DNA of 64,000 bases from NCBI GenBank assembly GCA_017415455.1, contig JAFQGS010000118.1, forward strand, positions 9,739 through 73,738, written 5' to 3'. Positions 1-9,843 of the stretch are shown here, piece by piece. The position numbers were made by a program, and so were the translations under genes. This DNA is from Prevotella sp. GTDB taxonomy: Bacteria; Bacteroidota; Bacteroidia; Bacteroidales; Bacteroidaceae. Numbering within the stretch: the stretch's first letter is position 1; every line of letters starts with the position of its first letter. The notes below the pieces were generated by a model. That model did no database searches. It was not told the origin of the DNA and worked only from the letters and a program-made list of their open reading frames with translations.

Positions 1-104
1 TCAGAAGAAGTTAATATAACAAAGGTGGAGATAAGTATTAATACTATCTTCACCTTTACTTTTTCAACAAACTGCCTTGAAACGACAGGGGAATTATTTC
101 TGCC

Positions 105-641
105 TTATATTCCAACCTTTGTCATACGATAGCCCATACGCCTTAATTGCACAGCCGCACCCATCATATACAACTGACGTATGCATGAGACATAGGCATT
201 GAAAGCCTCTTTGGTTCCTGGCTCAATGTTCTGATGACGCATTATATTATGCACACGAGATGCGCACTCGCCAACAAGTTTCTCTAATGCAATGAAACTA
301 TCACCACTAAGCAAGAGCACCTCTTCGCGGATATACTCATCCATACAATCATAGCCACGCTTGTCGCGCATATAAGCATAAAGATTATCCAACTTGGAAT
401 ATATCTCCCACTCCGTATCCCAGTACTTAGCCACTGCCATTCCTATATACATCATCCAACCGAGTGATACCGTAGGATAATCCATAAACTCTCTTATACC
501 ATCAGACAGATATGCCTCTGCTACAGAAGTCCATTTCTCTTCAACATCAGGACATTCAGGCAAGCGCTCGTCAACTTCTTTCACTGCCACAAGATATCCA
601 TGCAGATCCTTGCGGATTGTCTCTTCAAAATGCTCGGTCAT
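105..641 (-). CDS. hypothetical protein (conserved-looking, no recognised domain)
   Basis: 178-aa ORF with no competing ORF. A TAATTTTG -7-type box sits on the same strand 27 nt upstream. I recognise no catalytic motif. Confidence 0.55.
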   Translation of the reverse strand: MTEHFEETIRKDLHGYLVAVKEVDERLPECPDVEEKWTSVAEAYLSDGIREFMDYPTVSLGWMMYIGMAVAKYWDTEWEIYSKLDNLYAYMRDKRGYDCMDEYIREEVLLLSGDSFIALEKLVGECASRVHNIMRHQNIEPGTKEAFNAYVSCIRQLYMMGAAVQLRRMGYRMTKVGI

Positions 642-667
642 ATAGTTAAATTCATAAAATGAGGATA

Positions 668-675
668 CAAAATTA
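668..675 (-). promoter_or_regulatory. Bacteroidetes-type -7 promoter box (TAATTTTG)
   Basis: Matches TAnnTTTG, 27 nt upstream of the ATG at 641. Confidence 0.4.
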
Positions 676-697
676 CTCAGAATTAAATTAATATGGC

Positions 698-705
698 TAT
701 TTTTG
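698..705 (+). promoter_or_regulatory. -7 promoter box (TATTTTTG)
   Basis: Matches TAnnTTTG, 76 nt upstream of the ATG at 781. Confidence 0.4.
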
Positions 706-780
706 TGACATATAATCTAACACATTCTTTATTAAACCAGTATATTTCATAAAAACAACATTATAAAACAACACACAACT

Positions 781-1146
781 ATGAGAAAAGTAATTACCAT
801 CTTCGCAATGTTTCTCTGCATGACAGAACTCTCCGCACAAACGATAAGCCACATTGAGACAAAAGGGAACTGGTATTATATCTATGACAGCAACGGAAGA
901 AAAACAAAGACACTGAGCAATACTTCAGGAACACTACTGGGATATTCTTCTACTATATTCATAATGAGGAACGGAAGCTGGTATTATATTTATGATGCCA
1001 ACGCAAGGAAGATAAAAACAATGAGCAAGTCAGCAACCGGTGATATTATTGCTGTTGCCGGAGATACTTTCACCAGCAGGATAGGCTCTTGGATATATAC
1101 CTGGGATAAAACGGGAAAGAGAATACATACAAGGTTTTGCCGATAG
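781..1146 (+). CDS. small secreted repeat protein (three G-[NS]-W-x-Y-I-[YW]-D...K-x-K-T repeats)
   Basis: N-terminal signal peptide MRKVITIFAMFLCMTELSAQ. Three internal repeats of about 36 aa: GNWYYIYDSNGRKTKTLS, GSWYYIYDANARKIKTMS, GSWIYTWDKTGKRIHT. Confidence 0.6.
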   Translation: MRKVITIFAMFLCMTELSAQTISHIETKGNWYYIYDSNGRKTKTLSNTSGTLLGYSSTIFIMRNGSWYYIYDANARKIKTMSKSATGDIIAVAGDTFTSRIGSWIYTWDKTGKRIHTRFCR

Positions 1147-1260
1147 GAGCACAGACCTATTTTAAATACATTTGCATAGAAGAACAACAGACAATATCCC
1201 ACATAAAAAGAGCGGCAACATCCTATATGGACATGCCGCTCTTCTCTTGCTTTATCTTAT

Positions 1261-2187
1261 TTATGAATATCTCAATATCTGGCCTGGTCGCAATGTCTTT
1301 TTCTTTCCTATGCGATTCATCTTGCATAACTTGTTCACTGTTGTCCCACGCTTACGTGCGATAGATGACAATGTCTCACCTTTCTTAACCTTGTGATATT
1401 TAACATTTGCAGACCTTCCTGACTTTTTCTTCGCTGTACTTGTCTGAGCATTATCCTCTCCACCTGGTACTCCACGAAGTCTGTTTGCCTGCGCAGACTC
1501 TCCCTGATAGCTGTTACGGCGGAACAGATAGCTGTCACCTGTAACATCCTGATTGCGGAAGTCGAACATCAATGCAGGATTTAATGCCACGCCACAGAGT
1601 CGAGTCTCAAAATGAAGGTGTGAGCCTGTGCTGCGTCCTGTGTTACCACCAAGTCCGATAGGATCTCCTGCCTTTACTTCCTCATTCTCTCTTACCAGAT
1701 GCTTAGACATATGTCCATAGATTGTCTCCAATCCGTTATGGTGTCTGATAACAACGTAGTTTCCATATCCTCTTGCCTCATACTTCACTATTCTGACCTT
1801 TCCGTCAAATGCAGAGCGTATGGTATCACCTATATAAACCTTCACGTCTATTCCCTTATGCATACGTCCCCAACGTCTTCCGAAGTTAGAAGTAACAACT
1901 GTTCTGTCTGTTGGCATGCAGAAGTCACGTAAATCTATACGTAGAGAATCTGGCAGAGTTGTTGCCCTGTGTGCATATTTGCTGCTCCACTCTGTATATA
2001 ATTGTGCAGAAGGAGACATCGCCTGCTCTTTATGAAGGATAGAACGCAACACCAATGTGTCAAGAGTCTTCATCTTCTTGTCAACCGGAGCCTGTCGTGC
2101 AAGCAGGTCCTGCGCCGTTGCTGTATGCGCAGTAAACGCCATAAGAGCTGTAAAAGCAATTGTTTTAATTGTTCTTTTCAAGTACAT
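1261..2187 (-). CDS. M23 family metallopeptidase with C-terminal LysM domain
   Basis: HKGID (HxxxD) and GSHLHFE (HxH) M23 motifs. C-terminal LysM-like YHKVKKGETLSSIARKRGTTVNKLCKMNRI. Start set at MYLKRTIKTIAF..., which begins a signal peptide; the ORF track extends to 2265. Confidence 0.88.
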   Translation of the reverse strand: MYLKRTIKTIAFTALMAFTAHTATAQDLLARQAPVDKKMKTLDTLVLRSILHKEQAMSPSAQLYTEWSSKYAHRATTLPDSLRIDLRDFCMPTDRTVVTSNFGRRWGRMHKGIDVKVYIGDTIRSAFDGKVRIVKYEARGYGNYVVIRHHNGLETIYGHMSKHLVRENEEVKAGDPIGLGGNTGRSTGSHLHFETRLCGVALNPALMFDFRNQDVTGDSYLFRRNSYQGESAQANRLRGVPGGEDNAQTSTAKKKSGRSANVKYHKVKKGETLSSIARKRGTTVNKLCKMNRIGKKKTLRPGQILRYS

Positions 2188-2417
2188 AAGTAATTCTTTT
2201 TCGTGCTGTAAGCAAGCACTGTTAGAAATCAAATAATCGATGATAAAGCATAAAAACATCATCAATTATTTAAGTAGTCGGTGCAAATATAGTAATTTTA
2301 TTTTATTTGGGTATCTTATTAACAATCTTTATTGACTGTTTAACACAAAACGGTTGATTCTTTAACACATTCTAACTTAATAAGTTATAACATCTTAACA
2401 CATACGCATTTATGTCA

Positions 2418-4517
2418 CTATGATATGGCTGCCCAGTTTACATTATCCTTCCTCAATGAGGCAAGCCTTCTCCAAAGCAGTGAGTATTCTGTTTTCTGAC
2501 AGAGAGGATCGTCGTCTATTATCTTCTGAGCCTCGTCACGGGCAAGCTGTATCAACTGTCCGTCACGGGCGATGTCGGCAATTTTAAGGTCAAAAGCCAT
2601 ACCACTTTGCTGCGTGCCCTCCAAGTCTCCAGGACCTCTGAACTTCAAATCAGCCTCAGCAATGGCAAAGCCATCATTCGTGTCACACATTATCTCTATC
2701 CGCTTACGGGTGTCACTGCTAAGCTGAGATTTGCTCACAAGAATACAATATGACTGGTTAGCACCTCGTCCTACACGCCCTCTCAGCTGATGCAATTGCG
2801 ACAGACCGAATCGTTCGGCATTAAGAATGACCATGACAGATGCGTTTGGCACGTTAACACCTACTTCTATAACAGTAGTAGCAACAAGTATCTGCGTCTC
2901 TCCACTAACAAAGCGTTGCATCTCGGCTTCTTTCTCAGCACTTTTCATTTTGCCATGAACCTTACTAAGCCTAAATTCCGGGAACACCTCGCATAATGTC
3001 TCAAAACCATCCTCAAGGTTCTTCATGTCACTGCGCTCGCTCTCCTTTATCAACGGGAAGACGATATATACCTGCCTGCCTTCGTTAATCTGCTGCCTTA
3101 TCCCAGAGTACAAGCTTTGCATGTTACTGTCATACTTATGTATGGTCTGCACAGGCTTACGTCCGGGCGGCAACTCATCTATTATACTTACGTCAAGGTC
3201 TCCATAGATTGTCATCGCAAGTGTACGAGGGATAGGTGTTGCCGTCATGACAGGCACATGAGGCGGATTCACACTCTTATGCCACAGCTTTGCCCTTTGC
3301 GCCACACCAAACCGATGCTGCTCGTCGACAACAACCATGCCGAGACGCGCAAACTGCACAGTGTCCTCTATCACCGCATGAGTTCCTACAAGTATCTGAA
3401 CCGAGCCGTCAGCCAGTCCCGCAAGCACAGCCTTGCGCCTCTTTCCTTTCACTATTCCGGTAAGAAGCTCTACCCTTATTCCAAGCCCCTTGAGACTTTC
3501 TGTGATAGTGGCAAGATGCTGTTCTGCCAATATCTCCGTCGGAGCCATTATGCAAGCCTGGTATCCATTATCAAGAGCTATGAGCATAGACATTAGCGCC
3601 ACAAGTGTCTTACCACTTCCAACGTCTCCCTGCAGAAGCCGGTTCATCTGTCTGCCCGACCCCATATCTGCACGTATTTCCTTTATTACGCGCTTCTGAG
3701 CTTCAGTAAGAGGGAACGGCAGATTGTGAGAGTAAAAGTTGTTAAAGATATCCCCCACCTTACTGAACACATACCCTCTGTACTTGCGACGCTGGTCGCT
3801 TGCATAGCGCAGTATATTCAGCTGGATATAGAATAGCTCCTCAAATTTAAGACGCAGACGTGCATTTGCCATATCCTTATTGTCTCTTGGATAATGTATT
3901 CCGCGCATTGCCGTGTCTCGTGAGACAAGTCTCAGCCTGTTTACAATGAACGGAGGCAATGTCTCCTCTATATTGTTCTCCATGCGTTCCAGCACCCCTT
4001 TGACAATCTTTCCAAAAGAGTTTGAGGACAGCGAGGCTTTCTTCATCCGCTCGGTGGTAACATAATAAGGCTGCATTCCCATGTCAGAGAGGTGCAGTTC
4101 GGCAGCAGGCTCCAAATCAGGATGTGCCAGCTGATACCGTCCGCCGTATATGGTGGGCTTGCCGAAAGCCACATAATCCACACCCACCTTATATTGTTTT
4201 GTTATGTATTGCGAATTTGCAAACCACACAAGGTCTGCTACTCCCGTTCCATCAGAGAAGTGGGCAACGATGCGTTTCTTACGAACTCCAACAGAGAATT
4301 CCTCAAAACTCAGTATTTTTCCACATATTTGCACAAACGGCATGTCGCTTCTTATCTCCCTTATCTCATATATACGACTTCTGTCCACATATTTATAGGG
4401 ATAGTATTCCAGCAACTGCCTAACCGTGCTTATGCCCAGTTCTTTGGACAGGAGCTCCTTACGTTTAGGTCCGACACCCGGCAAATATTGTATGTCTTGT
4501 TCAAAAATATCAAGCAT
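2418..4517 (-). CDS. recG: ATP-dependent DNA helicase RecG
   Basis: 699 aa. Walker A GDVGSGKT, DEQHRFG box, RGRVGRG motif VI, and an N-terminal wedge/OB region typical of RecG. Confidence 0.95.
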   Translation of the reverse strand: MLDIFEQDIQYLPGVGPKRKELLSKELGISTVRQLLEYYPYKYVDRSRIYEIREIRSDMPFVQICGKILSFEEFSVGVRKKRIVAHFSDGTGVADLVWFANSQYITKQYKVGVDYVAFGKPTIYGGRYQLAHPDLEPAAELHLSDMGMQPYYVTTERMKKASLSSNSFGKIVKGVLERMENNIEETLPPFIVNRLRLVSRDTAMRGIHYPRDNKDMANARLRLKFEELFYIQLNILRYASDQRRKYRGYVFSKVGDIFNNFYSHNLPFPLTEAQKRVIKEIRADMGSGRQMNRLLQGDVGSGKTLVALMSMLIALDNGYQACIMAPTEILAEQHLATITESLKGLGIRVELLTGIVKGKRRKAVLAGLADGSVQILVGTHAVIEDTVQFARLGMVVVDEQHRFGVAQRAKLWHKSVNPPHVPVMTATPIPRTLAMTIYGDLDVSIIDELPPGRKPVQTIHKYDSNMQSLYSGIRQQINEGRQVYIVFPLIKESERSDMKNLEDGFETLCEVFPEFRLSKVHGKMKSAEKEAEMQRFVSGETQILVATTVIEVGVNVPNASVMVILNAERFGLSQLHQLRGRVGRGANQSYCILVSKSQLSSDTRKRIEIMCDTNDGFAIAEADLKFRGPGDLEGTQQSGMAFDLKIADIARDGQLIQLARDEAQKIIDDDPLCQKTEYSLLWRRLASLRKDNVNWAAIS

Positions 4518-4564
4518 TCAGAAAATACATTCTCCTTCTTTCTACTCCAAGTATGTATTACATC

Positions 4565-5245
4565 TTATGGGTTATTCCTCAGGATAGCCTCAGCCACCAT
4601 TATATCAAAAGGCGTAGTAAGTTTTATATTCTCACGATTTCCGTCCACAAGTGTTATCTTATGCCCTGCCGCCTCAGCCACAGACGCATCGTCAGTAAAG
4701 GCATCTGTATAGTCCTGAGCATAAGCTTTCCTCAACAATTGCAGGTTGAACGTCTGCGGAGTCTGCACAAGTTTGTATCTGTTACGCATCACTGTTTCCG
4801 AGCATCCGTCGTCGCCAAGCAGTCTCAGAGTGTCCACCACAGGTGCCACTGGTACCACTGCCCTGTCCTTTGCGGCTGTCTTGAAGCATCTGTCAATAAC
4901 GTCAACACTTGGGAAAGGGCGCACGCCGTCATGCACACCGACAACACCCTCGGCTGAATCGGGAATCAACGACAGTCCGTTCTTCACCGAGTGGAAACGT
5001 GTCTCGCCACCGTCCGCTATGCGATAATCCTCCGCAAAGGAATACTCCTCACACAATTCCTTCCAGTATTCCTGCTGCTCTCTCGGCAGTACAAGTATCA
5101 CCGAGATATCCTTACTGTACTGTCTGAAGCGCTCTATGGTGCGCATGAGAACAGGCTTACCAGCCAAAGGGATGAACTGTTTGGGCACATCTCCGCCCAT
5201 TCTCAGTCCCTTGCCTCCCGCAACGATTATCACATACTCCTTCAT
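4565..5245 (-). CDS. ispD: 2-C-methyl-D-erythritol 4-phosphate cytidylyltransferase
   Basis: N-terminal [20 protein letters not shown] signature and a 226-aa length typical of IspD. Confidence 0.92.
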   Translation of the reverse strand: MKEYVIIVAGGKGLRMGGDVPKQFIPLAGKPVLMRTIERFRQYSKDISVILVLPREQQEYWKELCEEYSFAEDYRIADGGETRFHSVKNGLSLIPDSAEGVVGVHDGVRPFPSVDVIDRCFKTAAKDRAVVPVAPVVDTLRLLGDDGCSETVMRNRYKLVQTPQTFNLQLLRKAYAQDYTDAFTDDASVAEAAGHKITLVDGNRENIKLTTPFDIMVAEAILRNNP

Positions 5246-5261
5246 TTTTCTCAGATATGCA

Positions 5262-5822
5262 TTATGCCAGAAGGTGATTATACCTCATTCCTTCTCTCAA
5301 TGCCTCCGGAACGTCCTCTCCTACGAGCATTGCAAGCAGTGTATATGCATAAGGGAAGGCAGCCGCAGGTCCTTCTCCGGTCACCACATTACCATCAACA
5401 GTGCATAGCTCCGCTGTATATTCAGCGCCCTCAAGATATGTCTCAAAGCCTGGATAGCATGTGGCACGCTTCCCTTTCAGCACCCCTATGCCACCCAACA
5501 CCATCGGTGCGGCGCATATAGCGGCAACAATTCCGCCACTTTCCGCCTGACGTTTCATTGCCTCACGCACTCCCTCATGATCATTAAGATTGGTGGCACC
5601 TGGCAGTCCGCCCGGCAACATCAGGATGTCGGCATCGCTGAAATCGGCATCCTCAAAGAGCATGTCTGCTGTCATTGTCACTCCGTACGCACTCTCTACC
5701 AGCAGCGAGCCGGTGATGCTTACCGTCTTGAAATCTACTCCGCCGCGGCGCATAACGTCAAGTGGTATCAGGGCTTCTATATCCTCAAAGCCGTCTGCCA
5801 TAAATTGATATACCTTCGCCAT
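5262..5822 (-). CDS. DJ-1/PfpI family protein
   Basis: 186 aa. Nucleophile-elbow AAICAAP and LPGG motif of the DJ-1/ThiJ/YajL family. Confidence 0.88.
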   Translation of the reverse strand: MAKVYQFMADGFEDIEALIPLDVMRRGGVDFKTVSITGSLLVESAYGVTMTADMLFEDADFSDADILMLPGGLPGATNLNDHEGVREAMKRQAESGGIVAAICAAPMVLGGIGVLKGKRATCYPGFETYLEGAEYTAELCTVDGNVVTGEGPAAAFPYAYTLLAMLVGEDVPEALREGMRYNHLLA

Positions 5823-5876
5823 AGTATTTAGTTTCTAATAATTCTGGTTCTCCCGTAATCCGTTTAATGATATTTT

Positions 5877-6590
5877 CTATTTCAGACAAGCCAGATATGC
5901 CTGTATTGCCGAATGCAATCCCATGTAAAGCGAGTCGCATATCAGCGCATGTCCGATGCTGACCTCGTCGGTCCATGGTATTATCTTGTGGAAGTATGAC
6001 AGGTTCTCAAGACTCAGGTCATGCCCGGCGTTCAGTCCGAGAGCCAGTTCTTTTGCCGCCAGTGACGCGTCATAGAACGGCTTTATGGCCTCTTCCCTGT
6101 TCTGCGGATAGCCAGAGGCGTAAGGCTCTGTGTACAACTCCACGCGGTGTGCGCCACACAGATGAGCTCCTCTCACCATCTCCTCGTCTGCATCAACAAA
6201 GATACTTGTGCGTATTCCTGCCTCATTGAAACGTCCGACAACATCCGTAAGAAATTCCTTATGGGCTATGGTGTCCCATCCGTGGTTACTTGTCAGCTGG
6301 TCGTCGGCGTCAGGCACCAGTGTAACCTGTGTGGGCTTCACGTCCAGAACGAGCTTCACAAACTGCTCTATAGGGTTTCCCTCTATGTTAAACTCTGTTC
6401 TTATTTGAGGTCTGATATCTATTACATCCTGATATCTGATATGCCTTTCGTCTGGTCTTGGATGCACCGTAATGCCTTCTGCGCCAAAGAGTTCGCAGTC
6501 TGCAGCAACCTTCTGCACATTAGGATTATTCCCACCTCTTGCGTTTCTGACAGTTGCTACCTTGTTGATATTAACACTTAATTTCGTCAT
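5877..6590 (-). CDS. pdxJ: pyridoxine 5'-phosphate synthase
   Basis: LSVNINKVATVRNARGG N-terminus and a 237-aa TIM-barrel length characteristic of PdxJ. Confidence 0.93.
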   Translation of the reverse strand: MTKLSVNINKVATVRNARGGNNPNVQKVAADCELFGAEGITVHPRPDERHIRYQDVIDIRPQIRTEFNIEGNPIEQFVKLVLDVKPTQVTLVPDADDQLTSNHGWDTIAHKEFLTDVVGRFNEAGIRTSIFVDADEEMVRGAHLCGAHRVELYTEPYASGYPQNREEAIKPFYDASLAAKELALGLNAGHDLSLENLSYFHKIIPWTDEVSIGHALICDSLYMGLHSAIQAYLACLK

Positions 6591-6639
6591 TTTTATTAAT
6601 TTTATTTATACACTACAGCCCTTTTTCATTAAAAAGACG

Positions 6640-6647
6640 TATTTTTG
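6640..6647 (+). promoter_or_regulatory. -7 promoter box (TATTTTTG), candidate nadK promoter
   Basis: TAnnTTTG followed by CAATGTCATT. About 155 nt upstream of nadK. Confidence 0.35.
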
Positions 6648-6675
6648 CAATGTCATTTAATAGGAATGACATTTG

Positions 6676-6683
6676 CAAAGATA
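6676..6683 (-). promoter_or_regulatory. -7 promoter box (TATCTTTG), candidate pdxJ promoter
   Basis: TAnnTTTG followed by CAAATGTCATT on the minus strand. About 86 nt upstream of the pdxJ ATG. Confidence 0.45.
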
Positions 6684-6801
6684 GTGTAAACGGCAGATAA
6701 TTCAAAATAAATCGGTTATTATTTATGCCATATCACTATTTACATGAGGCTCTTTCCAGACCGGCAAGCGTTATTTTACAAAACATAGCAAACGATATAA
6801 T

Positions 6802-7689
6802 ATGTCATCAGACAATTTGAGATTCGCTCTTTTCGGTAATATTTATCAGGCAAAGAAATCCGCAAGCATCCAGAAGATTCTGTCATGTCTGTATGAGCAT
6901 GACGCGGAGATTTACATCGAAAAGACATTTTACGAGTTCCTTACCACACAACAACATATTGACGTTAAAGCCACAGGAGTGTTTGAGGAGAATGGCTTTG
7001 ACACCGACTTCGTCATTTCCATGGGCGGCGACGGCACCTTGCTGAGGGCCGCAAGATATGTTGGAGAAAAGAACATACCCATCATCGGAATCAACATCGG
7101 GCGTCTGGGATTCCTGGCAGGAGTATTGCCTACGGAGATAGAGAGCACCCTTAACGACATATTCTTGGGCAAGTATGACACGGAGACGCACTCTGTCATA
7201 CAGGTGGAGGCTGACGGAATGCCGCTGGGTGACTATCCTTTCGCCCTCAACGACATCGCCATCCTGAAACGCGACAACGCCTCGATGATATCCATTCGCA
7301 CTTGTATCAACGACGAGTATCTTGTCACCTATCAGGCCGACGGACTCATCATCAGCACGCCTACTGGCTCAACGGCTTACTCTCTGTCCAACGGCGGACC
7401 TATAATAGCGCCTCTTACGGGCACGCTTTGTCTTACACCCGTGGCGCCACACAGCCTCAACATCAGACCTATCGTAATCCCTGACAATGCCACTATAAGC
7501 CTTACCGTGGAGAGCAGAAGCCACAACTTCCTCATAGCCACTGACGGAATGTCGGAGAAATGCACTGAGGGCACTTGCCTGAAGATAAAGAAGGCGCCAT
7601 ACAACATTTACATTATAAAGCGCAGCGGACAGCGTTACTTCGCCACTTTGCGCGAGAAAATGATGTGGGGTGCAGACAAAAGGGAATAG
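6802..7689 (+). CDS. nadK: NAD kinase
   Basis: GGDGTLL motif (MGGDGTLLRAAR) and a conserved C-terminal TPTGSTAYSLSNGGPI segment. Confidence 0.92.
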   Translation: MSSDNLRFALFGNIYQAKKSASIQKILSCLYEHDAEIYIEKTFYEFLTTQQHIDVKATGVFEENGFDTDFVISMGGDGTLLRAARYVGEKNIPIIGINIGRLGFLAGVLPTEIESTLNDIFLGKYDTETHSVIQVEADGMPLGDYPFALNDIAILKRDNASMISIRTCINDEYLVTYQADGLIISTPTGSTAYSLSNGGPIIAPLTGTLCLTPVAPHSLNIRPIVIPDNATISLTVESRSHNFLIATDGMSEKCTEGTCLKIKKAPYNIYIIKRSGQRYFATLREKMMWGADKRE

Positions 7690-7760
7690 GGTATGACATC
7701 TTATGAGGCTTAATACAACTTCCTGACGAAACCTGCTTACTGTTTTTTATATAACGAGAT

Positions 7761-9458
7761 ATGTTCAAAGGCCTTTTCAAGAAGCAAGAAAGCAAATACA
7801 CCACGGCAGAGATTCTGCGGTGGCTGTGGCGCACATGGCGCGGCAACAGGCTGCAAGCGGCAATAAACATGGCATTGGGACTTACCAATGTTATCATCAG
7901 CCTGCTGTCGGTATGGGCTGTGAAGAACGCCATCGACATTGCTTCTCATGCCAAAGAGGGGTCGCTCTACTGGGCTGTGGGGCTCATGGCGGCGCTTATA
8001 TTATGTGACTTCGCCACAAGCATCTGCAACGTATGGGTTAAGAACATTCTCGGAATAAAGGCGCAGAACAGGATGCAACAGCGCATCCTCGACCGTCTTC
8101 TGCGCTCGGAATGGCATGGAAAGGAGCGCCATCACAGCGGAGACGTGCTCAACAGACTGGAGTTTGACGTTGTGAATGTTGTGCATTTCCTCACTGAGAC
8201 ACTGCCAAGCACGGTCTCTACGCTTGCTCTTTTCATCGGAGCTTTTGCCTTCTTGTTCTCTATGGACTCCGGACTTGCTCTCATCATCATATTCATGCTG
8301 CCGCTGTTCATACTGGCAAGCAAGATATACATGCGCCGGATGAGACAGCTCACACGCCAGGTGAGAGACAGCGACAGCAAGGTGCAGAGCGTGTTGCAGG
8401 AGACAATACAGAACAGAATGCTCATAAAGACACTGGAGAAGGATGCTGCCATGGTGGACAGACTGGAGGATACGCAGAGCGAACTGAGGCAGAACGTAGT
8501 GAGAAAAACCGCCTTCTCCGTATTCTCACACCTCATTCTAAACCTCGGATTTGCCCTGGGATATCTTGTGGCATTCCTATGGAGCGCACTGAGAATGTAC
8601 AATCACACCTTGTCTTTCGGAGGAATGACGGCGTTTCTACAACTGGTTGGAAAGATTCAGGGACCGGCACGCAGTCTAACCAAGCTTGTTCCGGCATTCG
8701 TATCGGTGTTCACGGCTGCCGAGCGACTGATGGAACTGGAGGAGAACCCGCTCGAGGAGCAGGGCGATCCTATATACATGACGCACAAAGAGGGTGTGGG
8801 AGTAAGGCTGGACAACGTTTCCTACGCCTACGACACGGAAGAGGGCAACGTGATAAACAACATGTCTTTCAACTTCTATCCTGGCAGTTGCACGGCCATT
8901 CTGGGAGAGACGGGGGCAGGAAAGACGACACTTGTGCGCATGCTCATGGCTCTGCTCAGACCGCAGCAGGGAGAGATAAGCATATACAACAGCACAGAGA
9001 GCAGACCGCTAACGCCGCTCACAAGGTGCAACTTTGTATATGTGCCGCAGGGAAACACGCTGATGAGCGGAACCATCAGGGATAACCTGAGACTCGGAAA
9101 GCTTGATGCCACAGACGAGGAGATGATGAGCGCGCTTGAGAACGCCTGCGCGGAGTTTGTGAAAGGGCTGCCGCAAGGACTCGACACGTGCTGCACTGAG
9201 GACGGCGGAGGACTGAGCGAGGGGCAGGCACAGCGCATTGCCATAGCAAGAGCACTGCTGAGAGAGGGCAGCATAATGCTCTTCGACGAGGCTACAAGCG
9301 CACTTGACATTGAGACTGAGCGCAGACTGCTGAGGAACATTATTGACAATAACAGCAAGACGATTATATTCATCACTCACAGGCAGGCTGTAGTGGAATA
9401 CTGCAGTCAGACTCTTACCATTAGCAAAGCGCTCAATAAGGGTGAAGCTGGCGCATAA
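7761..9458 (+). CDS. ABC transporter ATP-binding protein/permease (MsbA-like half transporter)
   Basis: N-terminal six-TM region followed by Walker A GETGAGKTT, signature LSEGQAQR and Walker B IMLFDEATSALD. Confidence 0.9.
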   Translation: MFKGLFKKQESKYTTAEILRWLWRTWRGNRLQAAINMALGLTNVIISLLSVWAVKNAIDIASHAKEGSLYWAVGLMAALILCDFATSICNVWVKNILGIKAQNRMQQRILDRLLRSEWHGKERHHSGDVLNRLEFDVVNVVHFLTETLPSTVSTLALFIGAFAFLFSMDSGLALIIIFMLPLFILASKIYMRRMRQLTRQVRDSDSKVQSVLQETIQNRMLIKTLEKDAAMVDRLEDTQSELRQNVVRKTAFSVFSHLILNLGFALGYLVAFLWSALRMYNHTLSFGGMTAFLQLVGKIQGPARSLTKLVPAFVSVFTAAERLMELEENPLEEQGDPIYMTHKEGVGVRLDNVSYAYDTEEGNVINNMSFNFYPGSCTAILGETGAGKTTLVRMLMALLRPQQGEISIYNSTESRPLTPLTRCNFVYVPQGNTLMSGTIRDNLRLGKLDATDEEMMSALENACAEFVKGLPQGLDTCCTEDGGGLSEGQAQRIAIARALLREGSIMLFDEATSALDIETERRLLRNIIDNNSKTIIFITHRQAVVEYCSQTLTISKALNKGEAGA

Positions 9459-9623
9459 GCCGGGGAAGAGGGATGTTATGCCGAGGGTTTACCTACAGCT
9501 TTGATGGTTCCGGACAAAGCACAATCCGCACACAATGACTTACAGTACGCTATCGGTATTTTAATTCTCTGTAAGTCAACCACTTACAAAACACAACACA
9601 GAAGATGTCCGAACACGTCGCAA

Positions 9624-9689
9624 ATGATGCCTTATTGCGTCATGGATGATGCCTGAACGGAGGCTGGTTGATGCTCTTTCAGAAAACAT
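9624..9689. repeat. 22-bp-register tandem repeat, 3 units
   Basis: [AT]TGATGC[CT] anchors at 9624, 9646 and 9668, exactly 22 bp apart. Lies between convergent genes. Confidence 0.6.
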
Positions 9690-9775
9690 ATTGCCATCGG
9701 ATGAATCATGGTCTGGCTAACAGCCTCATCATACTGATGTCACCACCGGTTGTATCACACGTCAGGACATAACAT

Positions 9776-9806
9776 AAAAGGGGGCACCGCATAGTGCCCC
9801 CTTTGT
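9776..9806. terminator. bidirectional intrinsic terminator between convergent ABC transporter and rseP
   Basis: GGGGGCAC-CGCATA-GTGCCCCC hairpin (9780-9801), flanked by AAAA upstream and TTTGT downstream. Confidence 0.7.
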
Positions 9807-9843
9807 CATATAATGTGAGAATGTATCGTCATTCAAGCAGCGC

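Noticed and set aside
2188-2265. N-terminal extensions offered by the ORF track, for example 2265 for the M23 peptidase, 14689 for murA, 16130 for tsaB, 23270 for GH51, 38536 for greA and 43978 for the PPIase.
   Set aside because: In each case an internal Met gives a canonical N-terminus: a signal peptide or a conserved first motif. It also removes overlap with a neighbouring gene, a promoter box or a hairpin.
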